Shown: one piece after another, positions 47,576-56,809 of the stretch | Layout: each line of letters starts with the position of its first letter | Numbering within the stretch: position 1 is the stretch's first letter | Assembly (NCBI GenBank): GCA_963664015.2 | Contig: CAXXLF010000001.1 | Span: forward strand, 866,704 to 930,703 | DNA: 64,000 bases | Reading direction: 5' to 3' | DNA from: Candidatus Binatia bacterium | GTDB lineage: Bacteria > Desulfobacterota > Binatia > UBA9968 > CAXXLF01 | Notes under the pieces: model-generated | Databases searched by the model: none | What the model saw: only the letters and a program-made list of their open reading frames with translations | Told to the model about the DNA's origin: nothing | Made by a program: the position numbers and the translations under genes

Positions 47576-48748
47576 CTAGGGCTTCATCAGGGAGAAAGCC
47601 AATTCGGCCACGCGGGTAGGGGCTCCTGGCGAGCCCAACCGTTGCCGGACTTCCCCCAATCTTGCCACCGTTCGCCGGTACAATTTGGGGTCGCTCAGAA
47701 AACTCTCGGTCTCTGCAACAATTCTCTGTTCCGTCAGGCCGCTTTGAATAAGCTCGGGAACCACTCTATCTCCCGCAATGATATTGACCATCCCGATATG
47801 TTTGACCCGTACCAGCAATCGAGCCAAGGTGTACGTTATCCATGACACACGGTAGACTACGATCATCGGCTTTTGTAGCAATGCCGTCTCCAGGGTCGCC
47901 GTTCCGGAAGCCACCCATACAAGGTCTGCCCCACCAACAACATTGTATGTATCTTCATCGGCAATGGGAATAGGAACGGCGGCCCCTGCCAGCTCAGCCT
48001 CCAGATACTCCCGCCCGACGGTACTTGCCCGGGGTAGAATAAATTGGATCCCCTTTTCTCGATTCAATCGTTCCGCCGCCCGAATCATCCGGGGGAGGTG
48101 GTGCTCCACTTCTCTTTGTCGACTACCGGGGAGCATGGCAATAGTCTTTTTATCCGGGTCCAACCCATATCTTCGGAGGGTCGCCTCCCGCGGCCGCGTG
48201 ACGTGGACCAATTCCAACAGGGGATGACCCACGAAGGTGACCAACGCTCCTACACTTTCGTAGAGGGAAACTTCGAAAGCGAATACCACCGCAAGACGGC
48301 TCACCAAGCGGGCAATCTTACGGGTGCGCCGCGGGCGCCATGCCCACACCTGCGGGCTGATATAGTAGAGAACCGGTATCCCCAATTTCTTGGCCCAACC
48401 AGCCAGTCTGAGGTTGAATTCGGGGAAGTCGATCAGAATTAGAAGGTCCGGCCTTTCTTCACGTAGTAATCGCCGCAGGAGCCAATAGGCTTGCCACAGG
48501 TTCTTGAGGTTTCTTGCCAGTTCGGTGAAACCCATGCCAGTCAGATGCGAGACCTCAAAGACAACCCGGATCCCAGCCTGCTTGAGGTTCTCTCCAGCGA
48601 CCCCAAAAATATCCAAGGTCGGATCCTGCTCAAGCAGTTGCCTGACCAACTGAGCCCCATAGAGATCGCCTGAGGCTTCACCCACAACAAGCATAATCCG
48701 CTTACGACGGTCAGGGCTTTTGCTCAGAGCCTCCCCCTCAGATGTCAC
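47576..48748 (-). CDS. lpxB: Lipid-A-disaccharide synthase
   Basis: VVGEASGDLYGA, IDFPEFNLR, YYISPQVWAWR and ASGTATLE motifs. Confidence 0.9.
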   Translation of the reverse strand: MTSEGEALSKSPDRRKRIMLVVGEASGDLYGAQLVRQLLEQDPTLDIFGVAGENLKQAGIRVVFEVSHLTGMGFTELARNLKNLWQAYWLLRRLLREERPDLLILIDFPEFNLRLAGWAKKLGIPVLYYISPQVWAWRPRRTRKIARLVSRLAVVFAFEVSLYESVGALVTFVGHPLLELVHVTRPREATLRRYGLDPDKKTIAMLPGSRQREVEHHLPRMIRAAERLNREKGIQFILPRASTVGREYLEAELAGAAVPIPIADEDTYNVVGGADLVWVASGTATLETALLQKPMIVVYRVSWITYTLARLLVRVKHIGMVNIIAGDRVVPELIQSGLTEQRIVAETESFLSDPKLYRRTVARLGEVRQRLGSPGAPTRVAELAFSLMKP

Positions 48749-49689
48749 AGTTGCTCGCTTACCATCGAAGCGATTTTCAGAGCTTTGAGTCCCTCCTCAC
48801 CGCTCACCAAAGGGGTACCGCGGGATTGAACCACCTCTAAAAATGATTCAATCTCATCCGCCAAAGCGTCACCTTCTTGCATCTCTACAGTCTCTCCGAA
48901 AATACTATCCAACCCCGTACCTTTGCCTGTTTTTCGATAAATTTGAGCCCGCTTCTGATCATAGTCCAGGGAGATATAAGCGTCGGGCTGAAAGAACCGC
49001 ACCTTTCTCTCTCGCTTCATAGAAACACGGCTCGAGGTCAAATTGGCAATACACCCGTTGGCAAACCGGATTCGGGCATTGGCGATGTCTGGTTTATCGG
49101 TTAAGATCGCCACACCCACGGCTTCGACACGTTCCACAGGAGATTGCACTAGGCTTGAGATCACATCGATGTCATGGATCATCAAATCTAAGACGACATC
49201 CACGTCCGTACCCCGTTCCACGAAAGGAGCGAGCCGATGGCATTCAATAAACTTAGGATTTCGGATCACATTCTCCAAGCTGCGTACCACTGGGTTGAAT
49301 CGTTCCAAGTGGCCCACCTGTAAAATGCATTTATTTTTCTTTGCCAGAGCTACCAAAGCGGCCCCCTCGTCCAAGGTGACGCTCATGGGCTTTTCGACAA
49401 GGACATCAACCCCCTCGGCGAGAAAGGCCCTGGCCAGTTCAAAATGGTGTTGCGTTGGAACGACGATACTAACGCAGCGAACCTTGCCAAACAGTTCTCC
49501 GTAGTCCGTAAAGGAAGCCACGCCAAGGTCCTGACCCACCTGGGCGCTCCGTTTTGCATCGATATCCACAACACCAACAAGTTCTGCCCTAGCAGAGGCT
49601 GCGTACTTGGCGGCATGGTGGTGACCCAGATGCCCAACCCCCACGACTCCAACGGTAATTGCACGATTTTTTTGCATACCTGAATCCAC
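48745..49689 (-). CDS. Gfo/Idh/MocA-family NAD(P) oxidoreductase embedded in the lipid A operon (GnnA-like candidate)
   Basis: Rossmann motif VGVVGVGHLGHHHA and EKP motif (VLVEKPM), followed by a GFO_IDH_MocA C-terminal-like region. Overlaps the lpxB start by 4 nt. Confidence 0.75.
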   Translation of the reverse strand: MDSGMQKNRAITVGVVGVGHLGHHHAAKYAASARAELVGVVDIDAKRSAQVGQDLGVASFTDYGELFGKVRCVSIVVPTQHHFELARAFLAEGVDVLVEKPMSVTLDEGAALVALAKKNKCILQVGHLERFNPVVRSLENVIRNPKFIECHRLAPFVERGTDVDVVLDLMIHDIDVISSLVQSPVERVEAVGVAILTDKPDIANARIRFANGCIANLTSSRVSMKRERKVRFFQPDAYISLDYDQKRAQIYRKTGKGTGLDSIFGETVEMQEGDALADEIESFLEVVQSRGTPLVSGEEGLKALKIASMVSEQL

Positions 49690-49715
49690 CGGACTCGCCT
49701 GAACTGATTGATTAT

Positions 49716-50525
49716 CTAGGAACAGTTCATGGCCGCCACCACGATTCCCGCCCGATCGGCCTCCTTGAGTAGTTCGTCCTTCTCCAGAAGAATCGTCTTG
49801 CCTGCGTCGACAGCCAAGACTTCCCCGCCCGCCTCTTTAAGCACCTGGATGGTCTCGACGCCAACGGCGGGAACATCGAATCGAAGGTCCTGTTGGGGTT
49901 TGCTCACTTTCACAACCACAACTCCCTCCTTTACCAGTGCCCCTCCCCTGCGGATCGCCGCATCCGTACCTTCAATGGCTTCTACAGCCAGAACCACTCG
50001 ATCCTTGACCACGACGGTTTGCCCAACTCCCAAACGGCCTATGGCTTTGGCTACTTCGACGCCAAGCTGCATATCCTCCCACTGGCTTTTGGTCGGGGTA
50101 CGACGTGTCAAGATCCCCTCGCTAGGAATAATTCGGGAAAGGAAAAGTGTAGACTCAAGAACCCGAATCCCTTCGCTCTCCAATTCCTCCGCCACTCCCC
50201 TTAATAGCCGGTCATCATCCCGGCTTCTTACCCGCGCAAGAAACGCTGCGCCTCTAAGATCCGGCTTAAAATTGGGAAATAGCTTAACCTTGCTGATCCC
50301 ACCGGCCATCACGGCCTCCTCAACCCCGGCCTCCTGGAATGTCCGAATGATCTTTCCCAACTCGCCTACGAAAATCCAAGTTACCCCATCAACGAGTTCA
50401 GCAATGGCTTCCGATGTTTCGCTGCGATGAGCGACAACGACAAGGGAAACATCTTGGCGCTTGGCTTCCGCCGTAAAAATCAGAGGGAACTTTCCATTCC
50501 CAGCAATGAGTCCCAACTTTCTCAT
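49716..50525 (-). CDS. lpxI: UDP-2,3-diacylglucosamine diphosphatase LpxI (DUF1009)
   Basis: MRKLGLIAGNGKFPL...; length and position between lpxA and lpxB fit LpxI; C-terminal GTDA..RG region (IEGTDAAIRRGG). Confidence 0.8.
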   Translation of the reverse strand: MRKLGLIAGNGKFPLIFTAEAKRQDVSLVVVAHRSETSEAIAELVDGVTWIFVGELGKIIRTFQEAGVEEAVMAGGISKVKLFPNFKPDLRGAAFLARVRSRDDDRLLRGVAEELESEGIRVLESTLFLSRIIPSEGILTRRTPTKSQWEDMQLGVEVAKAIGRLGVGQTVVVKDRVVLAVEAIEGTDAAIRRGGALVKEGVVVVKVSKPQQDLRFDVPAVGVETIQVLKEAGGEVLAVDAGKTILLEKDELLKEADRAGIVVAAMNCS

Positions 50526-50617
50526 AATTAAGCTCCCACCGGCTTACGCCCATGGTTTTCAGCGAAGGCGAACAACCAGTCAGCCTTTAGCAACAATCTG
50601 CGGACAGCCAAAAGCCA

Positions 50618-51397
50618 TCATTGGCGACATACACCTTTTTCTGAACCCTCAATGAAACGAATCATCTGCTGCACCTCTGCTGTTTTTGTGACCTCCCGTG
50701 CAACCTTTCGGATGGCCTCTTCGGTCTTCAGGCCCAATTGAAAAATGATACGGTAAGTTTTCTTGAGAGCGTCGATTCGCTCTTTACCGAACTTTTTACG
50801 CCTCAACCCTTCCATATTAAGCCCCTTGAGCTTGGCCCGGTCCCCCGTGGCGTTGCAGTAAGGGGGAACGTCTTTGGATACCATCGAACCGGCGCCGAGA
50901 ATGGCTCCAGTTCCAATCCTGACGAACTGATGAATCCCCACGAGTCCTCCGACGATGGTATAATCATCAACCCCAACGTGCCCCCCCAGCGTCGCTCCAT
51001 TAGCGATGACATTATAACTGCCCAGCATGCAGTCATGCGCGATGTGGCAATGCATCATGAGGAGATTATGGTCGCCCAGACGAGTGATCATTCCCCCGCC
51101 CTCGGTGCCCGGGTTAAGCGAAGCAAACTCTCTTATCGTATTATGAGAGCCGATGATAAGTTGGCTATCTTCGCCTTTATACTTTAGATCCTGGGGGATC
51201 GAACCTACGGTCGCAAACTGAAAGATCGTATTGCCCTCACCCAGGGTGGTATTCCCTTCGACCACCACATGGGATTTGATTCGCGTCCCTTTACCAATTT
51301 TCACCTTGGGACCGATTATCGAATAGGGACCGACCTCGACGTCGTCGTCTAGTTCTGCCTGTGAATCCACCATGGCTGTAGCATGAATCTTGCCCAT
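50618..51397 (-). CDS. lpxA: Acyl-ACP--UDP-N-acetylglucosamine O-acyltransferase
   Basis: IHATAMVD start followed by hexapeptide repeats. The C-terminal helical domain includes the segment LKKTYRIIF. GAGGA RBS precedes ATG 51397. Confidence 0.9.
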   Translation of the reverse strand: MGKIHATAMVDSQAELDDDVEVGPYSIIGPKVKIGKGTRIKSHVVVEGNTTLGEGNTIFQFATVGSIPQDLKYKGEDSQLIIGSHNTIREFASLNPGTEGGGMITRLGDHNLLMMHCHIAHDCMLGSYNVIANGATLGGHVGVDDYTIVGGLVGIHQFVRIGTGAILGAGSMVSKDVPPYCNATGDRAKLKGLNMEGLRRKKFGKERIDALKKTYRIIFQLGLKTEEAIRKVAREVTKTAEVQQMIRFIEGSEKGVCRQ

Positions 51398-51420
51398 TGT
51401 TTTTGTCCTCAAATGCTCGC

Positions 51421-51858
51421 TCACTCATAGTCGACCTGCATGGCCGAAAGCTCCCCTCGGGCCACTAGTGTTCCGTCGACAGTCGCCTTTCCCAACATCT
51501 TCCAGAATGCCCCTCGCCGCTTGACCGAGGTCAGTTCTAGGCGCAGCTGATCACCGGGTTCGACAGCGCGTTTGATTTTTACCCGATCCAGCCCGGTGAG
51601 CATAAAAACCTTGTCCTTTTCATCCTCGGTGGCTGAGACGTGAGCCAAAATAGCTCCTACCTGCGCCAAGGCCTCGCAAATGAGCACACCCGGCATCACG
51701 GGCTTACCGGGGAAATGACCTTGAAAGAAGTTCTCGTTGAAACTGACGTTCTTGATCCCGACGATTTTGACACCGGCCTCAATTTCAACAATACGATCCA
51801 CCAAGAGAAACGGATAGCGATGGGGAAGATGTTCGAAGATCGCCTTAATGTCCATCAT
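51421..51858 (-). CDS. fabZ: 3-hydroxyacyl-ACP dehydratase
   Basis: LPHRYPFLLVDRI...FFQGHFPGKPVMPGVL..EALAQ is canonical FabZ. Confidence 0.92.
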   Translation of the reverse strand: MMDIKAIFEHLPHRYPFLLVDRIVEIEAGVKIVGIKNVSFNENFFQGHFPGKPVMPGVLICEALAQVGAILAHVSATEDEKDKVFMLTGLDRVKIKRAVEPGDQLRLELTSVKRRGAFWKMLGKATVDGTLVARGELSAMQVDYE

Positions 51859-52921
51859 GAGCCTTTCCCTTCTTGCCAGATGTCCGACTTAATGCATCGA
51901 TTTTACGTTCCAGTTGACGGATTTGGTTCCAGAGTTTAGGCAAACGAGGAAGTAATGTCATAACTTTCAACCATTCCCTATGAGGTGCCGCGTTGATCCC
52001 ACTGGAAAGGGTTACACCGGGAGGAACCGACTGGGCTACTCCCGACTGTGGACCGATCCTGACCCCGTCACCAATTTGGATATGGTTAACCACTCCCACC
52101 TGTCCCGCCAGTATCACCTGCTTGCCGATTCGACTGCTCCCAGCAATTCCGGCCTGAGCCACGATAACCGAATCTTCCCCCACCACAACGTTATGTGCGA
52201 TCTGTACCAGGTTATCGATTTTGACACCGCGCTCAATAATGGTTCGTCCAAGGGTAGCGCGATCTACAGTGGTATTGGCACCGATCTCCACGTCATCGTG
52301 GATCTCTACGATTCCGGTCTGGGGAATCTTGGTGCGGGTCCCACCTTCAACGGCAAAACCAAAACCATCGCTGCCAATGACCACTCCAGCATGGAGGAGA
52401 ACTCGATTCCCAATACGGCATCCTTCACGAACCGTGACCTGCGGGTAGAGAACGCAATCGGCACCAATCTGAGCCCCGTCACCTATAAAGACACTGGGAA
52501 AGATAACCGATCCGGCACCGACCTTGGCTCCGGCCCCTAAATACGCATGGGGGAAGACCGTAACCCCTTTCTCCAGCACGGCCGTCGGATGTATGGTGGC
52601 TTGGGGACTGACCTTGCCGTCAAAACGAGGTGGATGACTGAAAGCCTGAAGGACCTTGGCAAAGGCAAGATAAGGCTGATCGACCTGGAGAAAATTTTTA
52701 CCCGGCTCCGAGGAAATGGCGACGTTGCTACCAACAATAATAGCGCTAGCCTTGCAACCGGAGAGATAGGATCGGTAACGCGGATCTACCAGGAAGGTGA
52801 TATCCCCCACCCCCGCCTCATCGATTGAAGCGACCTTCCCAATCGCAACTCCTCCGTCGCCAACAACTCTGCCGCCAACCATTCCCGCCAGCTCGGATAG
52901 CGATTTGGGTGCCACGTTCAC
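51845..52921 (-). CDS. lpxD: UDP-3-O-acylglucosamine N-acyltransferase
   Basis: N-terminal LpxD domain (LSELAGMVGGRVVGDG), a long hexapeptide LbH region and a C-terminal helix. Confidence 0.9.
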   Translation of the reverse strand: MNVAPKSLSELAGMVGGRVVGDGGVAIGKVASIDEAGVGDITFLVDPRYRSYLSGCKASAIIVGSNVAISSEPGKNFLQVDQPYLAFAKVLQAFSHPPRFDGKVSPQATIHPTAVLEKGVTVFPHAYLGAGAKVGAGSVIFPSVFIGDGAQIGADCVLYPQVTVREGCRIGNRVLLHAGVVIGSDGFGFAVEGGTRTKIPQTGIVEIHDDVEIGANTTVDRATLGRTIIERGVKIDNLVQIAHNVVVGEDSVIVAQAGIAGSSRIGKQVILAGQVGVVNHIQIGDGVRIGPQSGVAQSVPPGVTLSSGINAAPHREWLKVMTLLPRLPKLWNQIRQLERKIDALSRTSGKKGKAHDGH

Positions 52922-53457
52922 TTGGTTTTAACTGACACGCCAACGATATTGCGATCGTACAGATCCACAACCTTCTTGGTAATATCGATGCTCTGATCCA
53001 CGTACAGAAGCTGATCCCGGGTCACAATCAAGGTGAATTTTTCCTTCTTTCCGACTTCAGCCATTGCTTTCTCGATCCCTTGGAGAAAACCATCCCTGGC
53101 CTCCCTTTCTCTCAAGCGCATTTCTTCATTCGCGTCGGCCATAACGCGTTTATAATCCCGGTGTCTCCGCTGCAGCTCTCTTTCTAGGTTTTTCTTTTGT
53201 TCTGTATTGAGCAGTAACCTCTTTTTCTCCATTTCGGCCTTTAGTTTCTCCATTTTCTTCTGTTCTTTCAAAAGATTTGCTTCTACGTCCTTCAAGCGGG
53301 CCTCAAGTTTTGCCCTAGCCTTCCTTCCTTCTTTCGAAAGGCTGATTGCCTTTTGCAAATCCACGAACCCGATCTTTATTTGCTCTTGAGCCCACGCAGG
53401 GACCACCAGCAATAGAACCACCATTAGGATAGGTACCATCTTCACGGGAACCTCCAA
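52918..53457 (-). CDS. skp: Periplasmic chaperone Skp/OmpH
   Basis: Signal peptide, KIGFVDLQKA, a Lys/Glu-rich coiled-coil core, and the conserved bamA-skp-lpxD position. Confidence 0.8.
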   Translation of the reverse strand: MEVPVKMVPILMVVLLLVVPAWAQEQIKIGFVDLQKAISLSKEGRKARAKLEARLKDVEANLLKEQKKMEKLKAEMEKKRLLLNTEQKKNLERELQRRHRDYKRVMADANEEMRLREREARDGFLQGIEKAMAEVGKKEKFTLIVTRDQLLYVDQSIDITKKVVDLYDRNIVGVSVKTK

Positions 53458-53494
53458 AGTTACCGATAGAATCGCGTAAAATCGTTTTAATGTA

Positions 53495-55864
53495 TTAAAA
53501 ACCGCCGCCTACCGAGAAGCTCAATATGGCCGTGTCATCTTCCGGCTGGTCGTTCAAAGGGAAGCCAAAATCAATCGCCAAGGGGCCAAAGGGCGACACC
53601 CAACGGGCACCAACTCCAATGGACCTTCTGAACTCACCGATATCGAAGCTATCCGATGACCTGAAGGCCTGACCTTGATCAAAAAAGGCCACTCCTTTTA
53701 GATTAAACTTATTCAGTACGGGGAAGACCAACTCGGCAGTCGTGATCAAGTGCTTATCACCCCCCACTGGTTCGTTGCTTGAATCGCGAGGTCCCAAGCT
53801 CCGTTTCTCGAACCCTCGGACGCTACCGGAACCACCGGGAAAATACCGTTCCGATATGGGCAAACTGTCGTTATCGTTGGGCCGATGGAAGATACTGCTC
53901 AGACCCAATTTGCTCTTCAAACCAAGCGTGTAGGCCCCTCCCCACCGCCGGCTGTTCACCAAAGTATGGTACCATGCGGTTTTAGCGTCCCATTTCAAGA
54001 AATCGTTGTCACCTCCGAGCCCCGCTATATCCATGGTGAGCGACGAACGAGTCCCTTTAGTGGGCGTAAAAAAGTGGTCCCGGGTATCGAAGCTAAGGCT
54101 GGGAGAAACCATGCTGATTAAAGAGGTTCCGGCTTCGTTTTTGACCTCCTGAGAGGCGTCTTCATCGATATCCGTATTTTTGGCATGTTTGAAAACATAG
54201 GCGGTCCCAAACCGCATGCGCCGAAACAGAGAAAGCTTTTGCTGCGATGGCCTGCTTCCCTCAGGCACCTGTTTTTTTCTGAAAAACGGCATATCGAGGT
54301 ACTTCAACGGGTAGCTACTGTTCAAACTGAACCCCGTCTGGCGAGTTTTAAATTCACTATATTCTAGTTCACTGTTAAAGGCGCTCGCCCCCACAGTCAC
54401 ATAACTATCTAGAAAATAGGGATCCGTAACCCTCAGGAAAAAATCCTGACGTTTGCTCCCCAGATTAAACGATAGGGATGCGCTCTGGCCTCGGCCGAAC
54501 AGGTTTTTTTCGGCTATGGAGGCATTGAGAATGACTCCCTCTCCGGAGCTGAATCCTCCGCCAAAGTTGAGGCTACCCGTTGGGCCCTCTTCTACCACCA
54601 CATTGAGATCCATTGCGTCTTGTTGATCGGTCTTCTCCGTGGTGACAGAGACGTTTTTAAAATAACCGGTTCGGTTGAGCGAATTCTGGCTGGCTTTGAC
54701 TTTGCTAATGGAAACGAGATCTTGCTCGGACACAGCCAATTCTCTACGAATCACCTTATCCCTTGTCTTATTGTTACCCACAATCCGGATGCGGTTGAAA
54801 TGAACCGGGGGACCGCGATTGATGATCAGTGCAACGTCCACTGTTTTTTCTTCCTTTTGAATCCGTGTTATGGGATCAACGCGAGCATACGCGAATCCGT
54901 CCTCCGAATACATCTCCGACAGGGTCTCGATGTCCTCTCTCAAGCGACTACCCCGAAAAATTTGGCCTGTGGTCAGTTGGATTTTTTTCAAATAGACTTC
55001 AGCGGGATCGATCAGCTCCCCTCCTATTTCCACCTTCCCCACTCGAAATTGCTCTCCCTCTTCAACCCGAATCACGATCTCGATCCCTGTCTTCCTGCGC
55101 AAGATGTTGGGTTCCAATACCTTGTGCTTGACATAGCCGTCATCGAAATAATGCGAAGAGATAATGGCCACATCATTAGTTAAAACATCTCGACTCAAGA
55201 CCCCCCGACCGGTCAACGAAGAGAAAATCCATTTTTCCTTGGTACTCATTAGCCCTTTGAGCTCTTTTTCAGAGAATACCTTATTACCCTCGAAGCGAAT
55301 CTTTTGGATCAACAGACGCTTACCCTCTTTGATATCCAGCATGACAACGGCTTGGTTATTTTTGACATCGGCAATGGCAAAATCCACCTTGGCATTGGAA
55401 TAGCCTTCGTCACCGTAGAGCTTTTTTACCTTCTCGACGCCCTCGGTTACTTTATCCCGGTCAAGGATGGTACGCGGCCTCACTCCAAGCGCAGCCTCGA
55501 TGCTTTCCCGGCTCACCTTGGAATTTCCACCGACGGAAATCTCTTTGATATAGGGTCTTTCTTTAACGACGTAGGTTAATACACCTTCCTTTGTCCATTC
55601 GACTTTTACGTCGTCGAAAAAACCCAATCGATAGATCGATTTCACATCCTCACCAACCACAGCCTGATCAAATGCCTGCCCCTTCCTTGCCTTGATCCTG
55701 AGTCGTACCGCGTCTTCTTCCACCCGGAGGTTTCCCTCAATCCGAACCTCAGTTATAGTTTCGACCTGCGCGGTAGCCAGGGGAATCAGACAGGGAAGGA
55801 GATAGGATAGCGTTAGAAAGAAAAGGAATGGATATGTGCTGGAAGCCCAGGGTCTTTTATGCAT
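53495..55864 (-). CDS. bamA: Outer membrane protein assembly factor BamA
   Basis: Signal peptide, five POTRA-like repeats (I.EVRIEGN..V; IRFEGN; VEIGG; IRIVGNNKTRD) and a C-terminal Omp85 beta-barrel ending ...FSVGGGF. Start set at MHKRPW (55864). Confidence 0.9.
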   Translation of the reverse strand: MHKRPWASSTYPFLFFLTLSYLLPCLIPLATAQVETITEVRIEGNLRVEEDAVRLRIKARKGQAFDQAVVGEDVKSIYRLGFFDDVKVEWTKEGVLTYVVKERPYIKEISVGGNSKVSRESIEAALGVRPRTILDRDKVTEGVEKVKKLYGDEGYSNAKVDFAIADVKNNQAVVMLDIKEGKRLLIQKIRFEGNKVFSEKELKGLMSTKEKWIFSSLTGRGVLSRDVLTNDVAIISSHYFDDGYVKHKVLEPNILRRKTGIEIVIRVEEGEQFRVGKVEIGGELIDPAEVYLKKIQLTTGQIFRGSRLREDIETLSEMYSEDGFAYARVDPITRIQKEEKTVDVALIINRGPPVHFNRIRIVGNNKTRDKVIRRELAVSEQDLVSISKVKASQNSLNRTGYFKNVSVTTEKTDQQDAMDLNVVVEEGPTGSLNFGGGFSSGEGVILNASIAEKNLFGRGQSASLSFNLGSKRQDFFLRVTDPYFLDSYVTVGASAFNSELEYSEFKTRQTGFSLNSSYPLKYLDMPFFRKKQVPEGSRPSQQKLSLFRRMRFGTAYVFKHAKNTDIDEDASQEVKNEAGTSLISMVSPSLSFDTRDHFFTPTKGTRSSLTMDIAGLGGDNDFLKWDAKTAWYHTLVNSRRWGGAYTLGLKSKLGLSSIFHRPNDNDSLPISERYFPGGSGSVRGFEKRSLGPRDSSNEPVGGDKHLITTAELVFPVLNKFNLKGVAFFDQGQAFRSSDSFDIGEFRRSIGVGARWVSPFGPLAIDFGFPLNDQPEDDTAILSFSVGGGF

Positions 55865-55927
55865 AGAGTCTGAGTCTCTTACCGCTGGGATAATACAACC
55901 CATAGGGGTTTTTTTAGCAAATTAAAC

Positions 55928-55943
55928 GACCTTTGTAAAGGTC
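55928..55943 (-). terminator. Hairpin GACCTT-TACA-AAGGTC followed by GTTTAATTTG; weak intrinsic terminator candidate between lolD and bamA
   Basis: Read directly on the minus strand. The stem is short and the U-tract interrupted. It overlaps a possible TTTACA-17-TAAAAA promoter for bamA, so the assignment is ambiguous. Confidence 0.3.
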
Positions 55944-56071
55944 AGAAACCATCAAACTTTCAATAGGTTAGGTGCGCACCAGGGAGTTGAATCAGGGGTT
56001 CTGAGCAGCACCTTTGGTCAAGCGATCCCCCGGTAGCTCTGGCACTCCCGCCCCAACCTCCATGGAAGTCC

Positions 56072-56758
56072 CTAGAGCTCCCGTGGAAAGAGTTGCCCGG
56101 CACGCAGCTCCATGGTCCGCTCAAATTGCCGGGCAAATTGCCAATTGTGCGTGGCAACCACCAGGGCGATACCCCGTTTTTCGTTCAAGCGAAACAGGAG
56201 CTTCTCGATCTCTTCTGCAGTATGCGGATCAAGATCCCCAGTCGGCTCGTCGGCCATAATAATTTTGGGTTCCAAAATGAGGGAACGTGCTACAGCCACC
56301 CGCTGTTGCTCACCTCCTGAGAGTTTCCCCGGCCGGTGCGTCGCTCGGTCTCGTAGTCCGACTTCCTCGAGAAGCCTCATGGCGTTTTCACGGGACTTTT
56401 CCCATGTCCATCCTCGGATAAGGGCTGGCAGCATGATGTTTTCCAGAGCGCTGAAGTCAGGGAGTATATAGTGGAACTGAAAAATAAAGCCAATCTCCCG
56501 GTTACGAAAATGAGACAGCTCATCGTCTCCCAGCACGGATAAATTTTTTCCCATGTAGTGAATCTGGCCGCTACCAGGCCGATCCAACGTGCCCAGGATA
56601 TGAAGCAGTGTGCTCTTGCCTACGCCGGACTCCCCGACGATGGCGACCCGCTCTCCCTCCTGGATTACCATGTCGAGGGCTTCCAGCACGACGATTTCTT
56701 TTTCGCCCTCGACAAAGGTTTTGTGAAGACCCTGGGCATTGATGAGTTCCGCCATCAT
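56072..56758 (-). CDS. lolD: Lipoprotein-releasing ABC transporter ATP-binding protein
   Basis: Walker A GESGVGKST, signature LSGGEQQRVAVARS, Walker B IIMADEPTGDLD. Directly downstream of lolC/E. Confidence 0.85.
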   Translation of the reverse strand: MMAELINAQGLHKTFVEGEKEIVVLEALDMVIQEGERVAIVGESGVGKSTLLHILGTLDRPGSGQIHYMGKNLSVLGDDELSHFRNREIGFIFQFHYILPDFSALENIMLPALIRGWTWEKSRENAMRLLEEVGLRDRATHRPGKLSGGEQQRVAVARSLILEPKIIMADEPTGDLDPHTAEEIEKLLFRLNEKRGIALVVATHNWQFARQFERTMELRAGQLFPREL

Positions 56759-56809
56759 AACCTCGTCAGGGCCGCCCCACGCCCCAGAGAACGTGGCAAC
56801 ACAACTGCC

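Noticed and set aside
49729-50430. 233-aa plus-strand ORF antisense to lpxI. Similar long antisense ORFs occur at 15719..16408 (opposite rpsA), 3886..4626 (opposite amiC), 21351..22025 (opposite hisC), 29399..30061 (opposite ubiD) and 54620..55183 (opposite bamA).
   Set aside because: Each lies fully inside a minus-strand gene with unmistakable family motifs. Their translations are low-complexity (Ser/Thr/Ala/Arg/Pro-rich) with no recognisable domains or RBS. They are typical shadow ORFs of a GC-rich coding strand.
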